A stretch of 64,000 nt of DNA, taken from Candidatus Poriferisodalis sp. GTDB lineage: Bacteria > Actinomycetota > Acidimicrobiia > Acidimicrobiales > Poriferisodalaceae. The notes beneath the pieces were generated by a model. It searched no databases and was not told the DNA's origin. It was given only the letters and a program-made list of their open reading frames with translations. Positions 48,476 through 58,733 of this stretch are shown here, piece by piece; the first letter of the stretch is position 1, and every line of letters starts with the position of its first letter. The DNA lies in NCBI RefSeq assembly GCF_965262965.1, contig NZ_OZ253573.1, positions 954,817 through 1,018,816 on the forward strand, in the 5' to 3' direction. Position numbers and translations under genes: made by a program.

Positions 48476-49648
48476 ATGAACGTGAGCGAAGAAACCCCCA
48501 GTGAGCTTCTGACCGCTTCGGAGGCCGCTCTTGAGTGGATCAACGCAACGCAGGAGTCGCACTACGAGATCACCGGAGTCATCGACGCCGTAGACACCGT
48601 GGCACGAGCACGAGAAGGGTCCTTCGAACTGGGCTTGGTGCTGTGCGACGGCGACGTCTGTGCCCGTGAGCAGGTAGTGGTCGAACGATCGGCCGAGGGC
48701 CTTCGAGTGTCGGCCGCCGACGTTGGCGATCCGCTGATCCCGCCGCTGCTCGACCCGCCGATCGGGGTACGCACCGGGTGGCTAAACGCCCAACTCGACA
48801 AGCACAAGTTTGTCGTCCTGGTGTTCTACCGCGGCTTGTGGTGACCTCCATGCCGCCGCGAGTTGCGCGGCTTTGGAAAGTCGGGAGTCGTCGAGGAGAT
48901 CCGGGCTGCGGGCGGCGGGATCTTCGCCGTCTCCAGTGAACCCCAGAGTCTCGCGAGCGAAGCACAGGACACATGGGAATTGGAATATCAAGCGGTAGGC
49001 GACCCGCACCACGAGATCCTCGGAGACTGCCGCGAGACTGACCGATTCGACCTCTACATCGGCGACACAGCAGTATTGGAGCGACACTGGTCCTCGCACC
49101 CGAACGGCATCTTCCAAGCCGGGATTCTGGCCCTCACCGAGGACCATCGAGTGCTGTACCGGTGGCACTGTCGCCCAACTCATCAGAATCGTGGTGGCGC
49201 CTCCGGTCGAGTCACCGCGTCGCATGTGTGGTCTCGCATCCGAGACGGACTAGCCAGCGACACCGACGCCGCATGGGATACCGATCCCCCACTCGACGCC
49301 CCAGAGGCCTTCTGGCCGTACTTCGTCGCTCAGCTGTTTGCCCATGGATGGTTCATCAAGCCGAAGCGGTTCCCACTCGGCCGATCCGACGACAAGCCGA
49401 CTGCGCGCGTGTCCGCGATGAAACCACGACTCATTGGATTCGCCGCGGCGTGGGCCATCTGCTTCGTGCTCCTGCCAGCTCGCCGAGTCCTCCTCGCTCT
49501 GGCCGGCTACGCCGTGGCTATCACACCGGCCGTCCGCCGAGTGAATCGCGAGTTCTCGCACATTCCCGCCGGCAGCACGCCCGAGCCAGGCGGGCGAAGC
49601 CTCGGCACCGAGCCCCCGAAGCCCCACCCTCGACAGCCGAGTCGCTGA
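48476..49648 (+). CDS. Peroxiredoxin-like (AhpC/TSA-redoxin fold) membrane-anchored protein with in-frame TGA in a UxxC motif (candidate selenoprotein)
   Basis: ORFs 48476..48844 and 48863..49648 share a frame. The junction reads KFVVLVFYRGLW-U-PPCRRELRGFGK...IFAVSSEPQ...AVGDPHHEI, with TGA at 48842-48844 where WCPxC is expected. The C-terminus has hydrophobic segments. Confidence 0.65.
48855..48871 (+). promoter_or_regulatory. SECIS-like 17-nt hairpin downstream of the peroxiredoxin-like UGA
   Basis: GCCGCG-AGUUG-CGCGGC: a 6-bp GC stem with a GU-containing loop, separated from the UGA by 10 nt. Folded by hand. Confidence 0.4.
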
Positions 49649-49733
49649 GACGATCTCGAACCGACTGACCGAGTTGGAGGCAGAAGCTTGAGATCGCGCC
49701 GCCTTGCACCAAGTGGCGGAAGGGCGAGTCGAG

Positions 49734-50897
49734 TTACTCGAAGGTGCGCCTAGCCGTTTCCCAAGCGTTGATCTTGTCCCAGTCGTACTCCACTCCCAGC
49801 CCGGGGCCGGTGGGTACAGCGACGTATCCATCAGCATCCACATCGTCGAGGCCATCGCCATAACCGTCTGCGTAGATCGGCGGTTGCAGGCAGTTTTGCG
49901 ATGTGTCGGGATTGACCAAGCCGAGTTCGTAGAAAAGCGTGTTGGGTATGGCGGACATGCAGTGTCGGTGCATCGGGCCGGCCGTGTGGAGCTGTACCTC
50001 CATGCCGATGGCGTCGCAGAAGTGGGCCAGTCTCATCGTGCCGGTGATGCCGCCGTCCAACTCGGGATCGATGTGCATGATGTCGGTGCCACGAGCGAGC
50101 ACGAAGTCGGCCTTTTGCTCGAATCCTCGGATGTGCTCGGCAATGAGCATCGGTGTGCGGACGAAGTCTCGCAGACGCTTGTGAGCGGCGGCGCTCGAAG
50201 AGGCATCGCGGTACGGGTCTTCGTACCAGAGGAATCCCAAGTCATCGCAAGCCCGACCGACTTCTACGGCATCCATGAATGACCCCAAGGACGACGCGGG
50301 GTCTGTCATCAACTTCATCGTGGACCCGACGCGATCGCGAACCGCTGTCATGATGTCGATCTCGTTGTCCACGTCGCCGTCGAAGAAACCGTGAATCTTG
50401 AACGCCGGGAAACCGCGTTGCTGGCATTCCTCCGCGAAGTCTGCGTACTTGTCGATGCTGTCTAGGCCGCCGGGCGTCTTTTGGCCCGGTGTCGTGCTCG
50501 CATATGTCGGCAGCCGTTCCCGGTACCCGCCCAACAACTGGCTGATGGAGGCGCCGTACTTCTTGCCCGCGAGGTCCCACAGGGCTGTGTTTAATGCTGC
50601 GATACCGACCTTGTCGTAGTGCCGGAACTGCAGTTTGAGGAGCTCGAATATCCGTTCGCGCTGCTCTGGGTCCCTACCGATCAGGAGTGGCGCCATATCG
50701 CTGACCTGCGCCATTGCGTGTTCGGTTGCGCCGAAGTGGGGTGCGTAGCTTCCCGTGTGACCGTCGTCGGTCTCGATCGACACCATGAACTTCGAGACGC
50801 TCAGCTCTGCCCCAGGCGAGTAGGTCACGATCGACGGACCGACGTCGGGGAGTTGATACGTGTAGGCCTGAACGACGATGCGGCTGATCTTGCTCAC
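49734..50897 (-). CDS. Enolase-superfamily enzyme (mandelate racemase/muconate lactonizing family)
   Basis: GTG at 50897 overlaps the upstream stop (GTGA). ..AALNTALWDLAGK..., FKIHGF, MTDPAS, YEDP and HIDPELDGGITG. Confidence 0.85.
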   Translation of the reverse strand: MSKISRIVVQAYTYQLPDVGPSIVTYSPGAELSVSKFMVSIETDDGHTGSYAPHFGATEHAMAQVSDMAPLLIGRDPEQRERIFELLKLQFRHYDKVGIAALNTALWDLAGKKYGASISQLLGGYRERLPTYASTTPGQKTPGGLDSIDKYADFAEECQQRGFPAFKIHGFFDGDVDNEIDIMTAVRDRVGSTMKLMTDPASSLGSFMDAVEVGRACDDLGFLWYEDPYRDASSSAAAHKRLRDFVRTPMLIAEHIRGFEQKADFVLARGTDIMHIDPELDGGITGTMRLAHFCDAIGMEVQLHTAGPMHRHCMSAIPNTLFYELGLVNPDTSQNCLQPPIYADGYGDGLDDVDADGYVAVPTGPGLGVEYDWDKINAWETARRTFE

Positions 50898-51688
50898 GAT
50901 GCACCTCGGCGAGATTTCTGTTGAAGCAGGCGCCGGGCGGCCTCGACGACCACGCTGACTGCCCGCTCCTCGATGGCAGCGATGCGGGCCTCGTCGACGA
51001 CGGCCTCCGACTCGGTCCGCTGAGCGATCACACCGGCGACGCACCCGGCCCGCCAGCCGCTGGCAGCGCACATCGTGAACAAGGTGGCCGACTCCATCTC
51101 GTAGTTGAGCACGCCGATGCGACGCCACTCGGCCAGACTGCCCCGCAGCCACGGCACGACGTCGCCGGCCACGGTGTCGTAGCGCTCCTGGCCGGGGTAG
51201 AACGTGTCGCTCGACGCCGTGATCCCGACCTGATGGGGAGCGTCGAGGGCGACCGCGGCATCGACCAGGGCCCGGGTGCACTCGAACGAGGAGGCAGCGG
51301 GGTATTCCAGCGGTGCGAAGTGGCGGCTCGCCCCGTCGAGGCGGACCGCGGCCTGGGTGATGACCAGGTGACCGATCAACAGATCGGGCTGGATGGATCC
51401 GGTGGTGCCGACCCGCAGGAACGTCCGCACGCCGAGCTGGGCCAGCTCCTCGACCGCCACCGAGGTCGACGGCCCGCCGACGCCGGTCGAGCAGACCACC
51501 ACCAGCTGGCCGTCGATCAACGCCCGATAGCTCGTGAACTCCCGGGTCGAGGCCAAGTGGGTCGGCTCAGCCATCGTCTCGGCGATCCTCGCTACCCGCG
51601 CAGGGTCGCCCGGCACGATGGCGAGCGTGGCCCCACCCAGATCGGCGGCTGTCACATCCAGGTGCATCACGCGCTCGTCACTCATCAC
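50894..51688 (-). CDS. Nucleoside (uridine-type) phosphorylase, PNP/UDP family 1
   Basis: 264 aa. VCSTGVGGPSTSVAVEEL..., RVGTTGS and NYEMESATLF. Confidence 0.8.
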   Translation of the reverse strand: MMSDERVMHLDVTAADLGGATLAIVPGDPARVARIAETMAEPTHLASTREFTSYRALIDGQLVVVCSTGVGGPSTSVAVEELAQLGVRTFLRVGTTGSIQPDLLIGHLVITQAAVRLDGASRHFAPLEYPAASSFECTRALVDAAVALDAPHQVGITASSDTFYPGQERYDTVAGDVVPWLRGSLAEWRRIGVLNYEMESATLFTMCAASGWRAGCVAGVIAQRTESEAVVDEARIAAIEERAVSVVVEAARRLLQQKSRRGAS

Positions 51689-52021
51689 CCGACCCTATTT
51701 CTCAGCCGTCGACTGGGTGACCGATGGCGTGCGACTGGTTTTGCGAAGTTCCGGAGCGCGGCAAGCACCATAGATGTAAGGCAAATGGCGTTTACCTAAA
51801 CATTGGGCGTAGAGGTTTAGGTTTGCAGTTGAGCCTGCAAGCACTCACACCCGCTCCGAGCTGACTTCTTGGGTGTCGGGGCCAGGACTGCGGTTGGTCC
51901 CCGCCGAGGTCACTGCTGCTCGTCGATACGGACGGTGAGCTCGAGGCCTCCCGCGAAGGGAAGGGTCATCGTGCGGAGCTTGTTGGCGGGGTCGTTCAGG
52001 AACTCGGCTGCTGACCGATGG

Positions 52022-52339
52022 TCACAGATCCAGGACGGCTCGCAGTCCGTCATCGATGGCATCCACCAGAGCCCGTGGCAGTCGGCCCGCACGCTCCCCC
52101 AGCCATGAGCGATCGACCAGCTCCAATCCGAGCGGCACCGCAACGGAGTCGGTGGGCAGCCCGGTCACCGCAGCGTCGAGCAGGACATTGCCGGCCAGAC
52201 CGGCCCGATCGAGATTCGAGGTCAGCGGCACAAGATGGGTTTGCCAGACGTCGGCATCGAGAACGTCGTCGCAGGACACGACGACACAAGGCCGACGCTT
52301 GTCGAGATCGATCCAGTACACCCCGCCACGCACTACCAC
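52022..52339 (-). CDS. mazF: MazF/PemK-family toxin
   Basis: 105 aa. VRGGVYWIDL..RRPCVVVS...LVPLTSN. Confidence 0.75.
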   Translation of the reverse strand: MVVRGGVYWIDLDKRRPCVVVSCDDVLDADVWQTHLVPLTSNLDRAGLAGNVLLDAAVTGLPTDSVAVPLGLELVDRSWLGERAGRLPRALVDAIDDGLRAVLDL

Positions 52340-52563
52340 GGCGCAGATCGCTCCATCCGCTCGCCAACCGCCATGGCGTCCTCGGCCGTTAGTCCCTCGG
52401 GCGCGACGAGCGCCGCATCCGCCACGAGCTGATCGGTGAAGGACCTAGTCGACTGGGCCGCATGGCGCCGGAGCTGATCGGTCACCCACCTCGAGAACGG
52501 CACGTGCAGGCTCTCGATGATCGGCAAGACGTCATCGGGCACACTGATCGTCTTATTAGGCAC
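52333..52563 (-). CDS. Putative antitoxin of the MazF-like toxin
   Basis: GTG at 52563 inside ORF 52333..52638. VPNKTISVPDDVLPIIESL... Overlaps the toxin start. Confidence 0.5.
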   Translation of the reverse strand: MPNKTISVPDDVLPIIESLHVPFSRWVTDQLRRHAAQSTRSFTDQLVADAALVAPEGLTAEDAMAVGERMERSAPW

Positions 52564-52569
52564 GTATGT

Positions 52570-52575
52570 ATTATA
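52570..52575 (-). promoter_or_regulatory. Perfect TATAAT -10 box, 6 nt upstream of the antitoxin GTG (leaderless)
   Basis: The minus strand reads ...GTACGTATAATACATACGTG. AT-rich, with short inverted repeats around it. Confidence 0.5.
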
Positions 52576-52699
52576 CGTACATATCTCAACAAACGCTCTG
52601 CAGGAGGCCGTAGCTTTCCAAAATCCGGCGTGATGCACTCAGGCCGACGACAACACCAGGGCAGTTCAGCAGGCCTCGAACTCACCTAGAGTTCTCGGC

Positions 52700-53002
52700 A
52701 TGGACGTGTCACTGCCGCCTCAGGCTGTCGAGGTCGAAGCGCGGCAGCCGTTCAAGCTGTGGATCAGATTTGACGATGGTGTGAGCGGCATTGTGGACCT
52801 CGCCCAGTGGTCGACCCGAGGAAACTTCGCTACCTGGTCGGATGTGGCCTTCTTCAAGACAGCGCATCTGCGGCCAGACGGCGCTATCGCATGGGGAAAG
52901 GACGACAACCTCGAACTCGATCCCTCTGCGATGTATTCGGATCTCACCGGCAAGTGCTTCGAAGACCTGCACCCGAAACCGTGGCCCCAGCTGGCTGGCT
53001 GA
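52700..53002 (+). CDS. DUF2442-domain protein
   Basis: 100 aa. KLWIRFDDGVSGIVDL...DGAIAWGKDDNLELDP. Confidence 0.7.
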   Translation: MDVSLPPQAVEVEARQPFKLWIRFDDGVSGIVDLAQWSTRGNFATWSDVAFFKTAHLRPDGAIAWGKDDNLELDPSAMYSDLTGKCFEDLHPKPWPQLAG

Positions 53003-53020
53003 GATCAACGCAATTCCGTC

Positions 53021-53281
53021 ATGGCCGAACTCAGCCGCTTCTACGGGATCGTCATTCGCATGTACGGCAACGATCACGCTCCGCCACACTTTCATGCCGT
53101 CTACGCGGATCGATCAGCGCTCGTGGAAATAGCGACTCTTCGGATGATTCGTGGGAATCTGCCGCGTCGCGCGCGAAGCCTCGTTGCTGAATGGGCCAAG
53201 ATCCACCAGACCGAGCTTGCCGAGTCGTGGCAGCAACTCAACCGAGGCGAGACCCCACCAAAGATCGATCCGCTGGACTAA
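53021..53281 (+). CDS. DUF4160-domain protein
   Basis: 86 aa. FYGIVIRMYGNDHAPPHFHAVYAD. Confidence 0.8.
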   Translation: MAELSRFYGIVIRMYGNDHAPPHFHAVYADRSALVEIATLRMIRGNLPRRARSLVAEWAKIHQTELAESWQQLNRGETPPKIDPLD

Positions 53282-53357
53282 ACGCTGGTAGCTCTCGGCA
53301 AGCACCGGTTGAAGCCGGCGCCGCCATACTGCGAGGCAGGCGATCGAAGGGACAGCA

Positions 53358-54971
53358 ATGAGCGATTCCCGCCAGAGCGAAGTGGCGGTGCTGGGTGCTG
53401 GGGTGTCGGGCATCTACCAGATCAAGCGCCTCGTGGACCTCGGCATCGACGCCGTGGTCCTCGAAGCCGAGGACGACCTCGGCGGCACCTGGCACCGCAA
53501 CCGCTACCCGGGCTGCCGGTTCGACTCCGAGAGCTACACCTACGGCTACTCGTTCTCCAAAGAACTGCTGGACGAATGGCACTGGAAGGAGCGCTTCAGC
53601 TCCCAGCCCGAGAACCTGCGCTACCTGAACTACGTGGCCGACAAGTTCGACTTGCGCCGCCACATGCGCTTCAACAAGCGGGTCGAAGCCATGACGTGGG
53701 ACGAGAGCGAACGCCGCTGGCACCTCTCGCTCGCCGACGGCGACACCCACACCGCTCGCTTCGTGGTCACCAGCCTCGGTCCGCTGTCGGCACCGACCCT
53801 GCCTGCCTACCCCGGCATGGACGAGTTCGAAGGCCCGTCATTTCACACGTTCTTCTGGCCCAACGAACCCGTGGAGCTCGCCGGGCAGCGCGTCGGCGTC
53901 ATCGGCACCGGGGCCACCGGCATTCAGGTGATCGGCGAGATCGCAGACAAGGTCAGCGAGCTCAAGGTGTTCCAGCGCCGGCCCAACTGGAGCACGCCGC
54001 TGAACAACTCCCCCATCTCCGAAGCAGAGATGGACGCAATCCGCGATCGCTACGACGAGATCTTCGCCAACTGCGCTGCCTCGCCCCAAGGATTCGAGCA
54101 CGTGCCCCGCTGGGGATTCTGGGACATGACCGCCGCCGAGCGCCGCGAGCTGTGGGATGAGCTGTACACCCGGTCTGGTTTCGCCATCCTGGCGGGCAAC
54201 TTCGCTGAGATCTTCGTGGACGAGGCCGCGAACCGGGAGATGTCGGAGTACATCGCCGACCGGATCCGCCAACGGGTCCACGACCCTGCCGTGGCGGAGA
54301 AGCTCATCCCCACCGACCACGGCTTCGGACTGCAGCGGCTGCCGCTGGAGACCGACTACTTCGAGGCCTACAACCGCCCCAACGTTGAGCTGGTGGATCT
54401 GTCGGAGACACCCATCGAACGCCTGACCGCAACCGGCATCCAAACCGCCGACCGCCACTACGACTTGGACCTGATCGTCTACGCCACCGGCTTCGACGCC
54501 ATTACCGGGGCATTCGACCGGGTGGACATCCGCGGAGTCGACGGCACCTCGCTCGGCGAGAAATGGCGTGACGGACCCAGCACATACTGCGGCCTGCTGT
54601 CGCACGGTTTCCCCAACATGGCGATGGTGGCCGGACCCCAGAGCGTGTCGGGCTCCACAAACTTCCCACGGGCCATCGAGGGCGGCGTCGACTGGGTGAC
54701 GGGATTGCTCGAATACCTGCGCGAGCACGGATACAGCCGGGTGGAGGCGCAGCCCGAGGCCGAGCAGGAATGGGTGGACGAGGTGATGCGGTTCCACGAA
54801 CGGCTGCTGTTCCGGCGCAGCAAGGGCTGGTTCACCGGCTACAACTCCAATGTCGCCGGCCACGAGGAAGGCAACGTCCGCTATCAGGCCTACTTCGGCG
54901 GGGCCACCCGCTACACCGCCAAGGTCACCGAGCTTGCTGCGAACGGCTACCCCGGCCTCACTATGGCCTGA
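53358..54971 (+). CDS. Baeyer-Villiger-type flavin monooxygenase
   Basis: 537 aa. GAGVSGI, GGTWHRNRYPG, the BVMO fingerprint FEGPSFHTFFWP and a second Rossmann motif GTGATG. Confidence 0.9.
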   Translation: MSDSRQSEVAVLGAGVSGIYQIKRLVDLGIDAVVLEAEDDLGGTWHRNRYPGCRFDSESYTYGYSFSKELLDEWHWKERFSSQPENLRYLNYVADKFDLRRHMRFNKRVEAMTWDESERRWHLSLADGDTHTARFVVTSLGPLSAPTLPAYPGMDEFEGPSFHTFFWPNEPVELAGQRVGVIGTGATGIQVIGEIADKVSELKVFQRRPNWSTPLNNSPISEAEMDAIRDRYDEIFANCAASPQGFEHVPRWGFWDMTAAERRELWDELYTRSGFAILAGNFAEIFVDEAANREMSEYIADRIRQRVHDPAVAEKLIPTDHGFGLQRLPLETDYFEAYNRPNVELVDLSETPIERLTATGIQTADRHYDLDLIVYATGFDAITGAFDRVDIRGVDGTSLGEKWRDGPSTYCGLLSHGFPNMAMVAGPQSVSGSTNFPRAIEGGVDWVTGLLEYLREHGYSRVEAQPEAEQEWVDEVMRFHERLLFRRSKGWFTGYNSNVAGHEEGNVRYQAYFGGATRYTAKVTELAANGYPGLTMA

Positions 54972-55225
54972 ACCGTCCCGGCAGGTGCGCGCGCCACAGA
55001 GGATTCCTCTCCTACCCAGTAGCGGTTTGAACTGGGTCGCACTTCCTCGGGTCGCCTGAGCAATCGAGCCAAGGACTTACACTCGCTTCGGAGCGCCACG
55101 GCCGACAGCCCACAGGGCCCGGACGGTGGGAGTGACGTTCGCCATGGCGGTAGCTGATGTCCTGCTACGTTTCGGATAGCGGCGTGAATTTCACAATGCG
55201 GAACCGTGGGGAATGGAGGGACGTG

Positions 55226-56359
55226 ATGTCCGATTCGTCCGAGGTAGATCCGGCAGGGACCAGGGTCGCGTTGGACCAGGCGACCCATGCGCCGGGCGCG
55301 ATCTATGCCAGCCCGGAGATCTTCCGTCGCGAGGTGGCCGAGTACTTCAAACGCGAATGGCTCTACGTGGGACGGGTCGAGGAGCTGGCCGATCCCGGCG
55401 ACTACATGGCGCTGCGCCTGGTTGGCGAGCCCATACTGCTCTCGCGCGATCGAGACGGTCAGCTGCACGCCAGCTACAACATGTGTGTCCACCGAGGTGT
55501 CGAGATTGCATACGGATCGGGCAATCTCAAGGCGTTCAGCTGCCCGTACCACGGCTGGGTATACGGCCTCGACGGCCAGCTGAAGGGGGCCGCCTACATG
55601 GCCGAGACCAAGGGCTTCGACGTCGCCGATTGCGCCCTGACACCACTGCGGCTCGACGTCTGGCGGGGCAACATCTTCATCAACTTCGATCACGATGCCG
55701 GGCCGCTGGCTGACGCGATGGCCGGGATCGACGAGGAGTTCTCTTTCCTCGGGTGGGAGAAATGCCGCCTGGGCAACAAGATCGAAATCGACCTCGCGTG
55801 CAACTGGAAGTTCATACACGAGAACTTGATGGACTTCTACCACGTCGGGGTGCTGCACGCGGACAGCTTCGGCGCCAACTTCAAGTTCGAGCCCGACCAC
55901 GTGAACGTCAAACCCGACGGCGGTCTTTCGATCTTTTACGATGCCGGCCCTCCCACGCCGGGGGCCGAGCCGCTGCTGGGCAAAATGCCGTGGCTTACCG
56001 ACAGGCCGCACAGTTTTGCCTGCACTGCGTTCACTTCGCCCAACCTGACATTTTTCGGCCGCATCGATTGCATTCGGCCGATGATCTCGTGGCCGATCGA
56101 CGAGGGCCGCACCCGGGTGGTCGTCTACCACTTGTTTCCCGAGGAGTTCTTCGACAGGCCGGACTTCGCCGAGACGCTGAAGATCTACCACGACTATCAG
56201 ATCCTGGTGCTCGAAGAAGACCGGCTCATGATCGAGTCGATGCAACAGGCGATGAGTTCACCCGCCTACCGGCCCGGGCGTATGAGCACCCTGGAGAAGG
56301 GCGTTCACAACTTCCTCAACGGCTATCTGGACCGCGTGATCGGTGGAGCGACCCCATGA
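55226..56359 (+). CDS. Rieske non-heme iron oxygenase, alpha subunit
   Basis: ATG at 55226 after GGAGGG. Rieske motif CVHRG...CPYHGW and the mononuclear iron region DFYHVGVLH. Confidence 0.85.
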   Translation: MSDSSEVDPAGTRVALDQATHAPGAIYASPEIFRREVAEYFKREWLYVGRVEELADPGDYMALRLVGEPILLSRDRDGQLHASYNMCVHRGVEIAYGSGNLKAFSCPYHGWVYGLDGQLKGAAYMAETKGFDVADCALTPLRLDVWRGNIFINFDHDAGPLADAMAGIDEEFSFLGWEKCRLGNKIEIDLACNWKFIHENLMDFYHVGVLHADSFGANFKFEPDHVNVKPDGGLSIFYDAGPPTPGAEPLLGKMPWLTDRPHSFACTAFTSPNLTFFGRIDCIRPMISWPIDEGRTRVVVYHLFPEEFFDRPDFAETLKIYHDYQILVLEEDRLMIESMQQAMSSPAYRPGRMSTLEKGVHNFLNGYLDRVIGGATP

Positions 56360-57384
56360 CGGCCGCTGTTGCCGGCGCAGCCGACGTGCTGATGCGCGAC
56401 TACATGGCGCTGGAGCCGAACGAGACCGTCCTGATCACCGCCGACACCGACAGCGACGAGGTGGTGTGGCAGGCGGTACTCCAAGCATCACTGCTCGCCG
56501 GTGCCAATGCATCGGTCATGTTGATCCCGCCGCTTCCGTTTCAAGGCCGCCTTGCCGACCCGTACCTCACCCCGGCCGTTTCGGCCGCAGCGCTGGCCGC
56601 CGATGTGTGGATCGATCTCACGTTCCCCTACCTCGCCGGCTCGGAGCTTCACGATCAGGCGATGGAGGGCGAACACATCCGCTATCTGCTGGGTGCCGAC
56701 CTGAACGCCGGGGGCCTGTTGAGGCTGTTCGGGCGGGTCGATCTCGACCAGTACTTCGCGGTACACCATGGGTTTGACGCGCTGGTGAACGAAGCGGTCG
56801 GCAAGACCGTGCGCATCACGGACAACGCCGGCACCGACGTGAGCTTCGTTCTCGGGCAGCGTGGATTCGACAAGCCGCGACGAGCCGACAAACCAGGGAC
56901 GGTCTTGGTGCCGGGGCAATGCACGTTGTTCCCCGATGTCGAAACGGTGAAGGGGCGCATCGAGGTCGGAGCCATCTTCCACGAGTACTACACACCGCTC
57001 GCTGTACCCATGACCCTCGAGATCGATGGCCGCATTCGGGCCATTGCGGGCGGAGGCAATGAGCGATTTGTCGCCGATCGAGCGCTGCGGCGGGCGGGTT
57101 CGGACGGCGACTACGGATATGTCATTCACTTCACCCACGGCATCCATCCCACGGCCCGAGTCACCGGCGACTCGTTCATCGAGGACACCCGTGCCCAGGG
57201 CAACAACGCCATCGGCATGGGCATGCCGTGGTGGGACCCCGGCGGCGGTGAGAACCACCCCGACGCTGTCTTGTTCTTGCACACCATCGACATCGATGGT
57301 CGACGTGTCGTCGAAGACGGCGCCATCGTGGGCCCTGAGTCGCTGGTGGCTCTCGCGGCCGAGCTGCAGCCCGTCGTCGGCTGA
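56356..57384 (+). CDS. M29-aminopeptidase-fold protein, possibly a NicX-like ring-cleavage dioxygenase
   Basis: The ATG overlaps the upstream stop (ATGA). Last 342 aa of ORF 55753..57384. Overall resemblance to the aminopeptidase T/NicX family, judged from memory only. Confidence 0.45.
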   Translation: MTAAVAGAADVLMRDYMALEPNETVLITADTDSDEVVWQAVLQASLLAGANASVMLIPPLPFQGRLADPYLTPAVSAAALAADVWIDLTFPYLAGSELHDQAMEGEHIRYLLGADLNAGGLLRLFGRVDLDQYFAVHHGFDALVNEAVGKTVRITDNAGTDVSFVLGQRGFDKPRRADKPGTVLVPGQCTLFPDVETVKGRIEVGAIFHEYYTPLAVPMTLEIDGRIRAIAGGGNERFVADRALRRAGSDGDYGYVIHFTHGIHPTARVTGDSFIEDTRAQGNNAIGMGMPWWDPGGGENHPDAVLFLHTIDIDGRRVVEDGAIVGPESLVALAAELQPVVG

Positions 57385-57390
57385 GTCTCC

Positions 57391-58248
57391 ATGAAACCCG
57401 CTCCGTTCTCGTTTGTTGCTCCCGAGTCGCTCGACGCGGTGGTCCGAGTCATGGCCGAGTACGGCGATGACGCTCGGATTCTCGCAGGCGGCCAGAGCCT
57501 GGTTCCGCTCATGAATCTCCGGCTGGCCCGACCCGAGGTGCTCGTGTCGATCAACCGCTGTCGAGAGCTCGACTACATCGCGCTCTCGGACGATCGCCTC
57601 GTCGTCGGTGCGCTCGTGCGCCAGATCGATGCCGAGACCAACCCGCTGGTCGAAGCCGAGTGCCCGTTGTTGGCCAAGGCGCTCCCCCACGTCGGGCTGC
57701 CCGCCACGCGCAACCGTGGCACCGTCTGCGGCAGTCTGGCCCACTGCGACCCGCTAGCCGAGTTGCCGGCCGTTGCGCTCGCGTTGGAGGCCGAGCTGGT
57801 GCTCACGAGTGCCGTCGGCGAACGTCGGGTTCCGGCCCAAGACTTCTTCGTAGCTGAAATGACCACCAGCATCGAGACAGGTGAGGTCATTTCGGCGGTC
57901 ACGTTCAGACGCCAGGATCCAAGCGAGCGAAGCGCCCTGGCTGAAGTCTCGAACGGGGGCCACGTGTTCCCGGTGGGCGGGGTCGCACTGCGGTGGGCCA
58001 GCGTGGACGGCGTCTGCACGATGGCACGCATCGCGGCGTTCGGCGTTGGGTCGGCGGCCCAGCGTTTGATCGACGCCGAGGGCGCGCTGGTCGGCTCCGA
58101 CCTCGGCCCGCCGGCAATCGCAGCCGCCGTCGCGGCGGCCCGCGGTGCAGTCAATCCGACCGGCGACATCGCCGCCGACGCCGAGTACCGACGACACCTC
58201 GTCGGCGTCCTTGTTGAACGCGGCCTGCTGGAAGGGGAGGCTCCATGA
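57391..58248 (+). CDS. Molybdenum hydroxylase FAD-binding (medium) subunit
   Basis: 285 aa. ILAGGQSLVPLMNLR, GTVCGSLAH. Confidence 0.85.
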   Translation: MKPAPFSFVAPESLDAVVRVMAEYGDDARILAGGQSLVPLMNLRLARPEVLVSINRCRELDYIALSDDRLVVGALVRQIDAETNPLVEAECPLLAKALPHVGLPATRNRGTVCGSLAHCDPLAELPAVALALEAELVLTSAVGERRVPAQDFFVAEMTTSIETGEVISAVTFRRQDPSERSALAEVSNGGHVFPVGGVALRWASVDGVCTMARIAAFGVGSAAQRLIDAEGALVGSDLGPPAIAAAVAAARGAVNPTGDIAADAEYRRHLVGVLVERGLLEGEAP

Positions 58249-58733
58249 CAGACGAGTACCAGGTGACCGTCACCGTCAACGGGCGACGCCGAGAATGCCG
58301 TGTGGAGGCTCGGCGGTTGCTCGCCGACTTCCTGCGACACGATCTCGGCCTAACCGGCACCCACATCGGCTGTGAGCAAGGAGTGTGCGGTGCATGCACG
58401 GTGTTGCTCGACGGCCGCACCGCCCGCAGCTGCCTGCACTTCGCTGTGGCGGTTGACGGATCGGACATCCGCACCGTGGAAGACCTCGCAGGCCTCGATG
58501 AGCTCCATCCGATCCAAGAGATGTTCCACCAAAAACATGCCCTCCAGTGCGGTTTCTGCACGCCGGGATTCCTGCTCACGGCGGTCGAGCTGCTGGAACG
58601 CAACGCCGACCCCGACGAGGCCACCATCCGGGAGGCACTGATGAACAACGTCTGTCGCTGCACCGGCTACGCCAACATCGTCGATGCGATAGCTGAGGCC
58701 GCGGTGGAGCTGCGACGAGGGCAGCGAGCATGA
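58245..58733 (+). CDS. Molybdenum hydroxylase [2Fe-2S] (small) subunit
   Basis: 162 aa. GCEQGVCGACTV, CGFCTPG and CRCTGY. Confidence 0.9.
   Translation: MTDEYQVTVTVNGRRRECRVEARRLLADFLRHDLGLTGTHIGCEQGVCGACTVLLDGRTARSCLHFAVAVDGSDIRTVEDLAGLDELHPIQEMFHQKHALQCGFCTPGFLLTAVELLERNADPDEATIREALMNNVCRCTGYANIVDAIAEAAVELRRGQRA

Noticed and set aside
51794-51822. 8-bp inverted repeat ACCTAAAC-N13-GTTTAGGT upstream of the nucleoside phosphorylase operon
   Set aside because: It may be an operator. It is a short AT-rich stem with a long loop and I see no adjacent -10/-35 boxes. I did not list it as a feature.
51910-52021. Ribosomal protein S10-like C-terminal remnant downstream of mazF (..FLNDPANKLRTMTLPFAGGLELTVRI..)
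   Set aside because: Only a loose pattern resemblance to ..ILDPTPKTVDALMRIDLPA.VDV.I over about 30 residues. There is no start codon and no ribosomal context. Too weak to call.
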